Shown piece by piece: positions 1 through 9,119 of a stretch of DNA of 64,000 nucleotides. Position 1 is the first letter of the stretch. Every line of letters starts with the position of its first letter. The position numbers and the translations under genes are program-made. Under the pieces are notes generated by a model. It worked only from the letters and a program-made list of their open reading frames with translations, was not told the origin of the DNA and ran no database searches. This DNA comes from Candidatus Moraniibacteriota bacterium (GTDB lineage Bacteria > Patescibacteriota > Minisyncoccia > Moranbacterales > DUUL01). The DNA lies in assembly GCA_027008775.1 (NCBI GenBank), contig JALVDV010000003.1, positions 12,340 to 76,339 on the forward strand. The letters are read 5' to 3'.

Positions 1-1773
1 ATGGCCACTCTCTACCGAAAATATCGCCCCCGGACTTTCAGCGAGATCAGCGGACAAGAATACGTTCTGCAAACCTTGACCAACGCCATCAGAAACAATC
101 GCTTCGGCCACGCCTACTTATTCACCGGCCCCCGCGGAACCGGTAAAACCACCACCGCCAGAATATTTGCTAAAACAATCAACTGTTTAAAACCGCTTAC
201 CAAAACCAAAAAATCCCACATTAAAATAGAACCTTGCAACAAGTGTAAAAATTGCCAGATAGTCAACAAAAACCAAGCTATTGACATCATAGAAATAGAT
301 GCCGCCTCTCACACCGGCGTGGATAACATCCGCCAGCTTAAAGAAGCTATTGATACTCCACCTTCCCATCTGCGCTACAAAGTCTATATTATAGACGAAG
401 TGCACATGCTTTCCCTGGGCGCCTTCAACGCCTTGTTAAAAACACTGGAGGAACCGCCCCAACACACTATTTTCATCTTGGCTACCACCGAACTTCACAA
501 AGTTCCGGAAACAATAATTTCCCGCTGTCAACAGTTCAACATTAAACCCCTCACTAAAGAGGAGATCATTAAAAAACTGTCCTCTATCGCCAAAAAAGAA
601 AAAATTAAATTAGACAAGGAGGCCTTGAATTTAATCGCCACTGAAGCCAATGGCGGAATGCGCGACGCCGAATCACTTTTGGACCAACTCATTTCTTTAC
701 ACAATCGCCAGGAAATTAACGACGAAGATGTTCGCCACATTTTAGGATTATCTTCTCGTCAAAGTATTTTAAAACTAACGGAAAAAATTGCTGAGAAAGA
801 TCTAAAGAAAACTTTGGAAATTATCAATAATCTGGAATTCAGCGGAACCAATTTAAAATCATTCACTCAACAACTACTTAATTTTATGCACGACCTGCTT
901 CTTTTCAAAACTACCGGCGCTCAAAACGAAATTCTGCAAAAACAACTGACAGCCGAAGAAATAAACGACTTGGAAAAACTGGCTAAAAAATTCTCCCTGC
1001 CGGAGCTTCTAAAACTAACTGAGCTTATCCAGCAAAGTTTGGAACAAAGTAATTACAGTGAAATTCCTCAATTATCACTGGAAATGGCCGTTTTAAAATT
1101 TCAGCTAGTGTCAACTTCTTCCAAAAAAGAAGAAAACTCTTCCTCCGAACAAGACTCTAAAAAAAAAGTCCTTTCTCCGCAAAAGAAGAAAAACGAGAAA
1201 ATAACAAAAAACGAAATGGTTGAAGATAACCCGGTTCAACCCAAAAAAACACCCGGACCAAAAAGAAAAAGTTCCCAAGCGTCAACAGAAAAAGAGTCTA
1301 CTCAAACACCAGAAAGCGAATCAGACAAAACAATAAAATCAAATCAGTCAATCAGTATCAACCAGTTTCTGCAACAATGGAATACAATTTTAGATGAAGT
1401 AAACAAAGTCAACAGAAGTTTATTCGCCTTTCTTAGCGTCTCTATTCCTCAAAATATTCAAGATGGTTCTGTTTGGATTAAAACTAAGTTTTCCTTCCAT
1501 CAAGAACAACTTTCCAAACCGGAAAACAAATTGACAATAGAAAAGGTCTTTGCTAGAATACTGCGAGTGCCATTGAGGGTCAGATTTATTGTGGATGAAA
1601 CAAAAACAGAAGAAAAATCGCCAACAACAGAAACTATTCCGGAAACAGAAAAACCCTCAACAACCGAAAAGGAAACCGCGCCAGAAGATGACTCGCTCAA
1701 CAGCCAACAATCAGCAGAAGAAAATTTATTATACGAAGCTCTTCGTCAAGTTGGTGGTAGAATTGTGGAATAA
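1..1773 (+). CDS. dnaX: DNA polymerase III subunit gamma/tau
   Basis: LYRKYRP start, Walker A GPRGTGKT, C4 zinc motif, EIDAAS, DEVH, SRC motif. Confidence 0.97.
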   Translation: MATLYRKYRPRTFSEISGQEYVLQTLTNAIRNNRFGHAYLFTGPRGTGKTTTARIFAKTINCLKPLTKTKKSHIKIEPCNKCKNCQIVNKNQAIDIIEIDAASHTGVDNIRQLKEAIDTPPSHLRYKVYIIDEVHMLSLGAFNALLKTLEEPPQHTIFILATTELHKVPETIISRCQQFNIKPLTKEEIIKKLSSIAKKEKIKLDKEALNLIATEANGGMRDAESLLDQLISLHNRQEINDEDVRHILGLSSRQSILKLTEKIAEKDLKKTLEIINNLEFSGTNLKSFTQQLLNFMHDLLLFKTTGAQNEILQKQLTAEEINDLEKLAKKFSLPELLKLTELIQQSLEQSNYSEIPQLSLEMAVLKFQLVSTSSKKEENSSSEQDSKKKVLSPQKKKNEKITKNEMVEDNPVQPKKTPGPKRKSSQASTEKESTQTPESESDKTIKSNQSISINQFLQQWNTILDEVNKVNRSLFAFLSVSIPQNIQDGSVWIKTKFSFHQEQLSKPENKLTIEKVFARILRVPLRVRFIVDETKTEEKSPTTETIPETEKPSTTEKETAPEDDSLNSQQSAEENLLYEALRQVGGRIVE

Positions 1774-1789
1774 GAAAACATAAGAATAT

Positions 1790-1861
1790 TGCCCGGTCGC
1801 CAAGTGGTAAGGCACATGGTTTTGGTCCATGCATTCGGGGGTTCGAATCCCTCCCGGGCAA
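1790..1861 (+). tRNA. tRNA-Gln(TTG), CCA not encoded
   Basis: Acceptor TGCCCGG/CCGGGCA, anticodon arm CATGG-TTTTGGT-CCATG, GGTTCGAATCC T-arm. Confidence 0.95.
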
Positions 1862-1935
1862 CAACAGAAAACAAGAGTCGGGAAATCAACCAAAATCAAA
1901 ATTTAATAGAAAACCCGCAAAAAAGCAAAAACAAA

Positions 1936-3102
1936 ATGCATTCAAATCAATTCAACTATCTCAAAATTCCCCACGCTTTTCATATATTCAGAAAAGGGAT
2001 TTATTCTTTGTATATTGCTCACGCTATCAGAGGATTTGTCGCCTCTTTAATAGGCTTTTTCATTCCTATTTATTTTTACAAAATCGGTTTAAACATTCCG
2101 GAAATTCTGCTTTATTATATTATTACTTATTTTTTCATCATCCTCTTCTCCATTGTCGTTGGCGGTATTGGCAATAAAGTTGGCCTCAAACACACTATGA
2201 TTATTAGCCTGCCTCTCTACCTACTCTACCTCGGCGGAATTATGCTCCTAAAAAAATATCCCTCCCCAACCTTCCTCTACAGCCTAGCTATTTTCGGCGC
2301 TTTCATTTCCGCCCTTTATTGGGTTCCTCTACATTGCCTTTTTGTCCGCCTCTCCTCTAACAAAAATCAGGATAAACAAAAACAAGTCGGGCTACTGTTC
2401 TCCGTCCGCAGTCTGGGTAGTATGATTGCGCCTCTCCTCGGCGGTTTAATATCCATTCTCTTTGGCTTTGAAGCTCTTTTCGCCACTGCTATCTTTATCT
2501 TAATTATTCCCATCATCATTCTCTTGAACTCCAAAGATATCCATCCCCATATCAATTTTTCCAGTGCCGATCTTTGGCTCTTTTTCCGTAAACACACTCG
2601 TCTTTTTATCATTATCCTCCTAGACGCTTTCGCCACTTTTGCTGACGATATTATTTGGCCATTGCTGGTCTTTCTCATCCTCCGCGATACAGTCAGTGTC
2701 GGCGTGGTTGGTAGTCTTATCGGCGTTGGCACAATTGTCTTCACTCTGATTATCGGTAAAATCATCGCCAAAAATGATTGGCAAAGAATTATCAAAGTAT
2801 CCGCCTTTATGTTGGCTTTTCTTTGGATTGTTAAAGCCTTTTTTGCCAATGAAAAAATCTCCATTTACACCATTTCCTTGGTGGCAGCCATGTTTGCTTT
2901 AATGTTTTCCGTCCCCCTTTCCAGTAAAACTTATTCTCTGGCAAAACGGAATAAAAACTTGGATGAGTTTATTGTCTTCCGCCAAATGGTCGTCTACCTC
3001 GGTAGACTGATGGCGGTTTTCTTTGCTATAATCTTGGTATCACAACTCAATATCTCTCTCTTACTAAGTGGAGTCGCCTACTTCATCATCAGCCTTTTCT
3101 AG
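1936..3102 (+). CDS. MFS-like multi-pass transporter
   Basis: About 12 hydrophobic segments. Start moved to ATG 1936 because the longer ORF overlaps tRNA-Gln. Confidence 0.8.
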   Translation: MHSNQFNYLKIPHAFHIFRKGIYSLYIAHAIRGFVASLIGFFIPIYFYKIGLNIPEILLYYIITYFFIILFSIVVGGIGNKVGLKHTMIISLPLYLLYLGGIMLLKKYPSPTFLYSLAIFGAFISALYWVPLHCLFVRLSSNKNQDKQKQVGLLFSVRSLGSMIAPLLGGLISILFGFEALFATAIFILIIPIIILLNSKDIHPHINFSSADLWLFFRKHTRLFIIILLDAFATFADDIIWPLLVFLILRDTVSVGVVGSLIGVGTIVFTLIIGKIIAKNDWQRIIKVSAFMLAFLWIVKAFFANEKISIYTISLVAAMFALMFSVPLSSKTYSLAKRNKNLDEFIVFRQMVVYLGRLMAVFFAIILVSQLNISLLLSGVAYFIISLF

Positions 3103-3118
3103 AACAAATTCAACAACA

Positions 3119-4678
3119 ATGAAAAAGACCTCTCCTTCACCACACCGAACTAAAATCGTTTGGACGGGATTTTTTATTAGATTAGCCGTCCTTTTTCTTA
3201 TCGCGGTTCTTTTTTATTTGGGCAATTTCGTTTTCAATCTAAATAAAAATATCGCCCGCATAACCACCAATCAACAAGAATCATCAACCAAAGACCAAGC
3301 TTTCACCGAATTGAAAACATTTCAGGAAATTGTTAAATCATCTTCCGATGAAACCAAATTAAAACAACAAAATAATCGTATAAACATCCTTCTCCTTGGC
3401 GTTGGCGGACAAGGACACAAAGGCGCTTACCTCACCGACACCATCACCCTCCTTTCCATAAACACCCAAACCTATCAAACAGCTATGCTATCCATTCCGC
3501 GAGATCTTTATGTTCAAATTCCCGGCACCAACTATCACACCAAAATAAACGCTCTTTACACCTACGGCCTGAAAAACCAAAACAAATCTCCCGGCGAGGC
3601 CATCTCCCTCATCAAAAAAAGCGTGGAAAAAATCACCGGACAAAAAATAAATTATTACATTGTTCTTGATTTTGAGGGCTTCAAAGAAATAATCAAAACT
3701 CTGGGCGGAATTGACTTGGAAGTCCCCACCGACATTGTTGATAACCGTTACCCCGGACCGAATTATTCTTATGAAACCTTTAAAATATCAAAAGGCTTTC
3801 ACCATCTGGATGCGGAAACGGCTCTCAAATACGCTCGCGTTCGTCACGTGGCTGGCGGAGACTTTGGACGCGCCCAACGTCAACAACAAATAATCGCCAG
3901 TGTCAAGAAAAAAGCGACCTCTCTAAAAATATTGTTTAATCCCTTAAAAATCAATTCCATTCTCAACAGCCTGGGCGAGCACCTGCGCACAAACATTAAA
4001 CCTTCGGAAATAGCGCCCTTTATTAAACTGGCCAAAAACATCAACATCTACCAAACTAACACCAAAGTCCTTGATGCCTGGAGTAAGGATTCCCTACTTA
4101 AATCCGACCACGTTCAACTGGGAGGAGTTTGGGCTTACATTTTGCTCCCCAAAGACAAATCTTACCACTCCATCCAAGCGCTAGCCGAAAATATTTTCAA
4201 TCTTAAAAATTTACAGGAGAAAAAAGAGAATATTCGCCAAGAGCAAGCTAACATAGAAATTCTTACTCCCGACTATAATTCCTACATTCATTTCAAAAAA
4301 ATATTTCAAAACTGGGGCTATCGCATCCAACCTTATCGCCCTCAAAAATACACTCAAATTTGCCCCCTCAACCAAGAAATTCTTCTGGCTCCTCGCCAAA
4401 CCAATAAACTATTTACCATTGACGATTTAGTTGCTAAACTTGATTTAAAGGTAATTTACTACACCGAAGAAGAAAGGAAAGAAAAGAACAAAAATGAAGC
4501 AAGTGAAAAACCATCTTCCACAACCGGAAAAACCGGAGAAAACAATAAAACTGACATCACTATTTGTCTGCTAAAAGACAGCTATCGCTATTTTGAGAAT
4601 CAAAGCCGAAACAAAAACTCAAAAGTTGAAGAAAATTCAATTTTAAATACTCAAGGAGAAGTGCTTATCAATAAATAA
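3119..4678 (+). CDS. LCP (LytR-CpsA-Psr) family cell-wall polymer ligase
   Basis: N-terminal TM helix; NILLLG, TDTI, SIPRD, KINA, YARVR, GDFGRAQRQQ motifs. Confidence 0.92.
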   Translation: MKKTSPSPHRTKIVWTGFFIRLAVLFLIAVLFYLGNFVFNLNKNIARITTNQQESSTKDQAFTELKTFQEIVKSSSDETKLKQQNNRINILLLGVGGQGHKGAYLTDTITLLSINTQTYQTAMLSIPRDLYVQIPGTNYHTKINALYTYGLKNQNKSPGEAISLIKKSVEKITGQKINYYIVLDFEGFKEIIKTLGGIDLEVPTDIVDNRYPGPNYSYETFKISKGFHHLDAETALKYARVRHVAGGDFGRAQRQQQIIASVKKKATSLKILFNPLKINSILNSLGEHLRTNIKPSEIAPFIKLAKNINIYQTNTKVLDAWSKDSLLKSDHVQLGGVWAYILLPKDKSYHSIQALAENIFNLKNLQEKKENIRQEQANIEILTPDYNSYIHFKKIFQNWGYRIQPYRPQKYTQICPLNQEILLAPRQTNKLFTIDDLVAKLDLKVIYYTEEERKEKNKNEASEKPSSTTGKTGENNKTDITICLLKDSYRYFENQSRNKNSKVEENSILNTQGEVLINK

Positions 4679-4685
4679 ATATTTT

Positions 4686-5324
4686 ATGTCTGAAGAAAAA
4701 AATTATTTGGTCGTCGGTCTGGGAAATCCGGGCCCGGAATACGCTTACACCAGACACAACATTGGCTTCCGGATTCTGGAAAATTGGCTGTTTAACTTGA
4801 ATTTGACCGACAACTCTCCAATTGACAAACTGAAGTTTAATCAGAAACACCAGGCTAAATTAGGCATTATCAAATTGAATAATCGCAAAATCATCGCAGC
4901 TGAACCTCAAACTTTTATGAACAATTCCGGCTCTGCCGTCGCCTCCCTACAAAAATATTATCGGATTCCTCTGGAAAACATTTTGGTCATCCAAGATGAA
5001 TTGGATCTACCCCTGGGACAAGTCAGAATTTCTCGCTCCTCCGGACCGGCCGGCCACAACGGCCTAAAATCAATCATCCAACAATTGGGCAGTAACGATT
5101 TTTCTCGCCTCCGCCTGGGTATTGCCCCAAAGGAAAAACAAAAAATCAAACAAAAAGATTTTGTCCTAAACAAGTTTTCTCCTACCGAAGAAAAAATTAT
5201 TGATCAAATTCTGCCTCTCTCTAATGAAATTATAACCTATTTCATCAAACATGGCTTCTCCGCCACCGCCAATAAATTCAACAATCCCGATAGCCTTGCA
5301 AGAAACAAAAGTCTAGAAAAATAA
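4686..5324 (+). CDS. pth: peptidyl-tRNA hydrolase
   Basis: VGLGNPG, TRHNIGF, FMNNSG, GHNGLKSI. Confidence 0.96.
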   Translation: MSEEKNYLVVGLGNPGPEYAYTRHNIGFRILENWLFNLNLTDNSPIDKLKFNQKHQAKLGIIKLNNRKIIAAEPQTFMNNSGSAVASLQKYYRIPLENILVIQDELDLPLGQVRISRSSGPAGHNGLKSIIQQLGSNDFSRLRLGIAPKEKQKIKQKDFVLNKFSPTEEKIIDQILPLSNEIITYFIKHGFSATANKFNNPDSLARNKSLEK

Positions 5325-5466
5325 AAAGCGCTGTACCACCCATGGCACCTAGCAAGACATAGGAGGGAAAAGTCTTACTAAATAATCCACGGGCAGTACA
5401 GCACTTTCTGGTAATTTTAAAAAACCGCAAGTCATCTGCACAACAACCATCGCTCCAACAATCGGA
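5323..5466 (-). ncRNA. candidate sRNA: long hairpin with anti-SD loop
   Basis: Minus-strand TTGACT-16-TATAAT (5500-5473, extended -10); ~33-bp stem with about 7 G-U pairs that work only on the minus strand; loop UUUUCCCUCCUAU; U-tail. Confidence 0.6.
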
Positions 5467-5512
5467 TAAAGCATTATAACAAAATCTCAAAAAAAGTCAA
5501 GAGCAATCAAAG

Positions 5513-5543
5513 AAAAAAGGGGATGATGCGCTGACCATCCCCC
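5513..5543 (-). terminator. intrinsic terminator of gene 5611-6015
   Basis: GGGGATG...CATCCCC followed by T6 on the minus strand. Confidence 0.7.
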
Positions 5544-5610
5544 ATAAATTTTTGCCACTCTCCCGGGAAACCACCGGGATAAACCGGACCGGACCCTGGT
5601 CCGGGGATTT

Positions 5611-6015
5611 TCAAGGGTTACAACGGCGTCTCAACAACTCTCTTAAGTGATCAGAGAGTTGTACATTCTTTCCCTTAACAATAACGGGGAAAGAACAAAC
5701 CTTGTATTTTTCATCGGGCAACTTGTAAATCACCCAGTTGCCACAATGAAAAAGAAACTCCGAATACACTCCACCCCCCCAATCCAAAAAAGCCGGGGGA
5801 TAAGCCTTTTTAGAAAAAGGTTGGCTTGGAGGGATGTAAATCTTTAAAAAATTTCCCTCCACATCAGCAAAAATCTCCTCCCTGTTATCGTTATTCACCA
5901 TCACTACTTCTCCCTGTTTTCTAAAGCATAAAAACAGGGAATCAATGAACAAGCAAATGAACGGTGACAGTAAGAATAAAAAAATTACCAAAAAACCAAT
6001 CACAAATCTCCTCAT
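5611..6015 (-). CDS. hypothetical protein with N-terminal TM/signal
   Basis: GAGGAGG SD before ATG, hydrophobic N-terminus, promoter-like sequence upstream and terminator downstream. Confidence 0.65.
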   Translation of the reverse strand: MRRFVIGFLVIFLFLLSPFICLFIDSLFLCFRKQGEVVMVNNDNREEIFADVEGNFLKIYIPPSQPFSKKAYPPAFLDWGGGVYSEFLFHCGNWVIYKLPDEKYKVCSFPVIVKGKNVQLSDHLRELLRRRCNP

Positions 6016-6246
6016 TTTTTTACCCTCCTCTTTTTTGGTATATTTTTAATATTTTAATGTACTTTAATACTTTGAAGAACTTACAAATGGTATACCAGCA
6101 AAAACAATTTTAATCAAGAGTCACTTCTGCCGAACTCCGAATGAAAACATTGCTTGCCAATTTTCAGACTAAAACATTATTGATCAAAAACCAATCCGCG
6201 CCACAGAAATCAAGTCCACTAATACACACAATTAATTAACCAAACT

Positions 6247-6710
6247 CTTACATCAGCAACTCTACTGCGTTTTGCACCGAATAACTCACTTCATATCAAC
6301 AACTTCATTTATTTCACATCAAAAACCCCTTTCCACATCAAGAACTCTGACTTCATCTTGAAAACCATACTTTATACCGGAAACCTTATATTCTAATCAA
6401 AAAATCTCGTGCCAGAAACCATGTTTTACGACAGAGACACCAAAAGGGTTTATACCAAAGACTACATTTATACCGGAAATTTACATCAGAAACTACGTCT
6501 TATAAGAAAGATTGTAACCCACATTAAAAATTACATTTACATCGAAAACCTCACTTTTACATCACCAATTCCGTTACTTTACACATTAGAATATTTGCTT
6601 CACGTCAAAAACTCTATTCTATGTCAGAAACTCTATATTTTTACGCCTGACACTCTGCATTTTACACCAGAAAAATTTTACACCAAAAATCACATTTCAC
6701 ACCAGCAGTC
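6247..6710. repeat. degenerate ~20-bp-period repeat, consensus TTTACAYCARAAACT
   Basis: About 20 imperfect copies (e.g. tttacatcagaaact, tttataccggaaacc, tttacaccagaaaa, ttcacgtcaaaaact). Confidence 0.6.
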
Positions 6711-6739
6711 CCACCTCAAAAAGAATCAAAAACCACACC

Positions 6740-7009
6740 TACTATCATATAAGGTTGTATGATAGTATTTCACAAATCCGTTTAAAAAAGCCAAAAATCA
6801 AAAGTCAAAAAGCCAAAAAGTCATAATCACTCTTATATAAGGTTGTATGATAGTATTTTGCAAATCCGTTCAAAAAACATCAAAAAACAAAAGAACAAAA
6901 AACCATAACCACTATCATATAAGGTTATATGATAGTGTTTCACAAATCCACTCAAAAAAATAAAAAATAAAAAAGCGCATCTACTATCATATAAGGTTGT
7001 ATGATAGTA
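6740..7009. repeat. array of four palindromes ACTATCATATAAGGTTRTATGATAGT
   Basis: Copies at 6741, 6829, 6911 and 6983, separated by similar A-rich linkers; the first three are followed by CAAATCC. Confidence 0.92.
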
Positions 7010-7356
7010 CTTCATAAAAAACCAATTTATTCAGCTTGTTTGCGGTTTTTTGATCTATTTTACCTATTCCTATCCATTGACCGCGCTGCCTCAATCATAA
7101 TGTAGCTCGCAAATACAAGTAAAAAGTATTATCACTTTCTCTTTTAAGAACAAATTTCAAAAACAAAAATACACTCACCCATCATCATTCAAAATTAGAA
7201 AACAGGAAACAAAAACGATCTATTTCAAACAAAAAAACCCGATAACGCCAACATGTTATCAGATTAACCGGCGCAATTACACGATAAAGGCGAAGAAATA
7301 TTCATCAAGACAGTAATCGGGCGGTGTCTCACCAAAATCGGCAAGAAATACAACTC

Positions 7357-7602
7357 CTAATTTTTATCAACCAACACATCAACAATTTTAATTCTGGCTG
7401 TTTGCCCAACCAGAATTCGCACGTTTGACTTGGAAACTCCGAAATACTCAGCCAAGAGTTTAATCAAGGCCTTGTTTGCCTTTCCCTTTTCTGGCGTCGC
7501 CGTCAACCAAACTTTATACTCATTCTCGGTAATCTTTTTAACCTGATTTTTTCCGGCTTTAGGTGTCACTTTTACATAAATTCTCTTCTGCTCCATTGTC
7601 AT
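7357..7602 (-). CDS. DUF167 (YggU/UPF0235) family protein
   Basis: VKVTPKA, PEKGKANKALIKLLAEYFGV, GQTARIK. Confidence 0.9.
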   Translation of the reverse strand: MTMEQKRIYVKVTPKAGKNQVKKITENEYKVWLTATPEKGKANKALIKLLAEYFGVSKSNVRILVGQTARIKIVDVLVDKN

Positions 7603-7641
7603 TTTAGCTTAGTTTTCCCGATACGGAAAACTCTTTCAGCT

Positions 7642-8253
7642 CTATTCAAATAATTCCGCCAAAGCGATTTTGCATCTTTTTTCATCCGGTCTATTCAGCC
7701 TACGTCTAACTCTCGTTAATTTATGAGGATGTTTTTTAAGATAATAGCGCAACCTTTCCCTATCTCGCAAATCAAAACGACCCCCAATCAACTTACGGAA
7801 AACATTTTTTCTTTGAGCAAAGTTATAAACAATCTCCGGCAGGTCGCTCAGATCAAAATCATTACCCACTTCAATTCTATTTTTATCTTCATTAAACCGA
7901 GGTTCCATATCCCTTCTATACTTTTTAAGTTTTAATTTGGCCAAACGCTTTTTTAAAATTTCCTGACTAGCCTTCTCTAAATTACCACCCTCCGAATCAC
8001 TTTTCTCTTGCCTATATTGCCCTGCCTTAAACAACGCATCCAGCGGAGCTATCCCTTTCTTGCCTCGCTCTTGTTCCTCCCAGCCCGACATACTCTTTAT
8101 AGCTTCATTTTTTTTGCTGTATTGCCCTGTTCCCAGTAGCGCATCTAGCGGAGCTATCTTTTTTTTAGGTTTTGTGCTGCCACCCCTGTCTTCCAGAACT
8201 CTAGGCCCCTCCCCCTCTTTTTTCTTGCCAAATAAAATTTCAAATAATCCCAT
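7642..8253 (-). CDS. hypothetical basic protein, probable paralog of 8372-9106
   Basis: Long ORF with internal repeat IAPLDAL..GQY and a C-terminal region resembling the neighbour. Confidence 0.65.
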   Translation of the reverse strand: MGLFEILFGKKKEGEGPRVLEDRGGSTKPKKKIAPLDALLGTGQYSKKNEAIKSMSGWEEQERGKKGIAPLDALFKAGQYRQEKSDSEGGNLEKASQEILKKRLAKLKLKKYRRDMEPRFNEDKNRIEVGNDFDLSDLPEIVYNFAQRKNVFRKLIGGRFDLRDRERLRYYLKKHPHKLTRVRRRLNRPDEKRCKIALAELFE

Positions 8254-8371
8254 TTTAGAAAAAATAAATTATTACTTTGCAAACTTACTATAATCCATTT
8301 TAACTCATTTTAAAATAAGCAGATAAGAGCTCCGGAACACGCGAAAGCTCTCAACCCATTGTTTCACTAAA

Positions 8372-9106
8372 TCACTTTCTCCCCAACAACTCTCCAATTG
8401 TTGTTTTCCTCAGACTGCTTTTCTCCCGCGATCTTTTTACCGAACTAGAGTGCAAATCAACATTTGCTTTTCGCAAACGAGTGCCCCCCTGACGAAAGAC
8501 ACTCTTAATTGCCGCTCTTTCTCTGGCTGAGATACTTCTCAGACCCGATTTCTTTCGTCCAACTCGACTACGCTCCATCGCCTTTATAATCTCCTTGGGC
8601 AAATTAAACCTATCCAGCTCAATTCCTTCTCCCAAGAGAAATACATTCTTTCTGCTGTTGTACTTTATTTCATCCGGTTGCAAACGACTACTAACTTTTA
8701 AACCGACATCCCAAAATGCGTCAGGTAAAACAGTCTTTCTTCCCACACTTTTACCGGACAACATTCCTCTGTCAGAGTTTATTTGAGGCTCCTTCCTGCG
8801 TCTATCCCCAACGAAAAGACGGTCAAGCATTTTATCCAGAGCGCCACCCCTTCTCTTTTCAACCTTTTTCTCGCCGGCCTTCTCCGCCCAAGACTTTCTT
8901 TGCCAAAAGTTAGTCCCGGGATCATTCATTGTTCCCCCAACCGAATGATTCCCGCTATCAGACATTCCTTTCGCCTGAGGTGTAAATCTGTTGGCGCGAC
9001 CGGCGCCAAACTTACTTCTCGAAGAAGGAGCAGAAGAGAAAGCGGGTTTAATCACCCTCCTAAAACTACCACCCAATCCGCCACCGGAGAAATTTCTTCG
9101 CAACAT
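8372..9106 (-). CDS. hypothetical basic protein, probable paralog of 7642-8253
   Basis: Long ORF co-oriented downstream of nrdG; G/R/S-rich N-terminus. Confidence 0.65.
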   Translation of the reverse strand: MLRRNFSGGGLGGSFRRVIKPAFSSAPSSRSKFGAGRANRFTPQAKGMSDSGNHSVGGTMNDPGTNFWQRKSWAEKAGEKKVEKRRGGALDKMLDRLFVGDRRRKEPQINSDRGMLSGKSVGRKTVLPDAFWDVGLKVSSRLQPDEIKYNSRKNVFLLGEGIELDRFNLPKEIIKAMERSRVGRKKSGLRSISARERAAIKSVFRQGGTRLRKANVDLHSSSVKRSREKSSLRKTTIGELLGRK

Positions 9107-9119
9107 AAAAATAATGCTT

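Noticed and set aside
1789-1935. N-terminal extension of the MFS ORF
   Set aside because: It overlaps tRNA-Gln; ATG 1936 is more plausible.
5359-5400. Type I toxin ORF downstream of the + strand AGGAGG
   Set aside because: No start codon at SD spacing, so the hairpin RNA is not obviously a cis antitoxin.
6409-6762. 117-aa ORF (and 6833-7015)
   Set aside because: These translate the degenerate repeats, with no recognisable domain or ribosome-binding context.
6740-7009. CRISPR array
   Set aside because: The spacers are A-rich, similar to each other and variable in length (46-62 bp), there are no cas genes in the window, and related palindromes occur singly elsewhere.
6120-7350. Replication origin
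   Set aside because: No cluster of TTATCCACA boxes was seen, dnaA/dnaN are not adjacent, and the C>G skew has the same sign on both sides.
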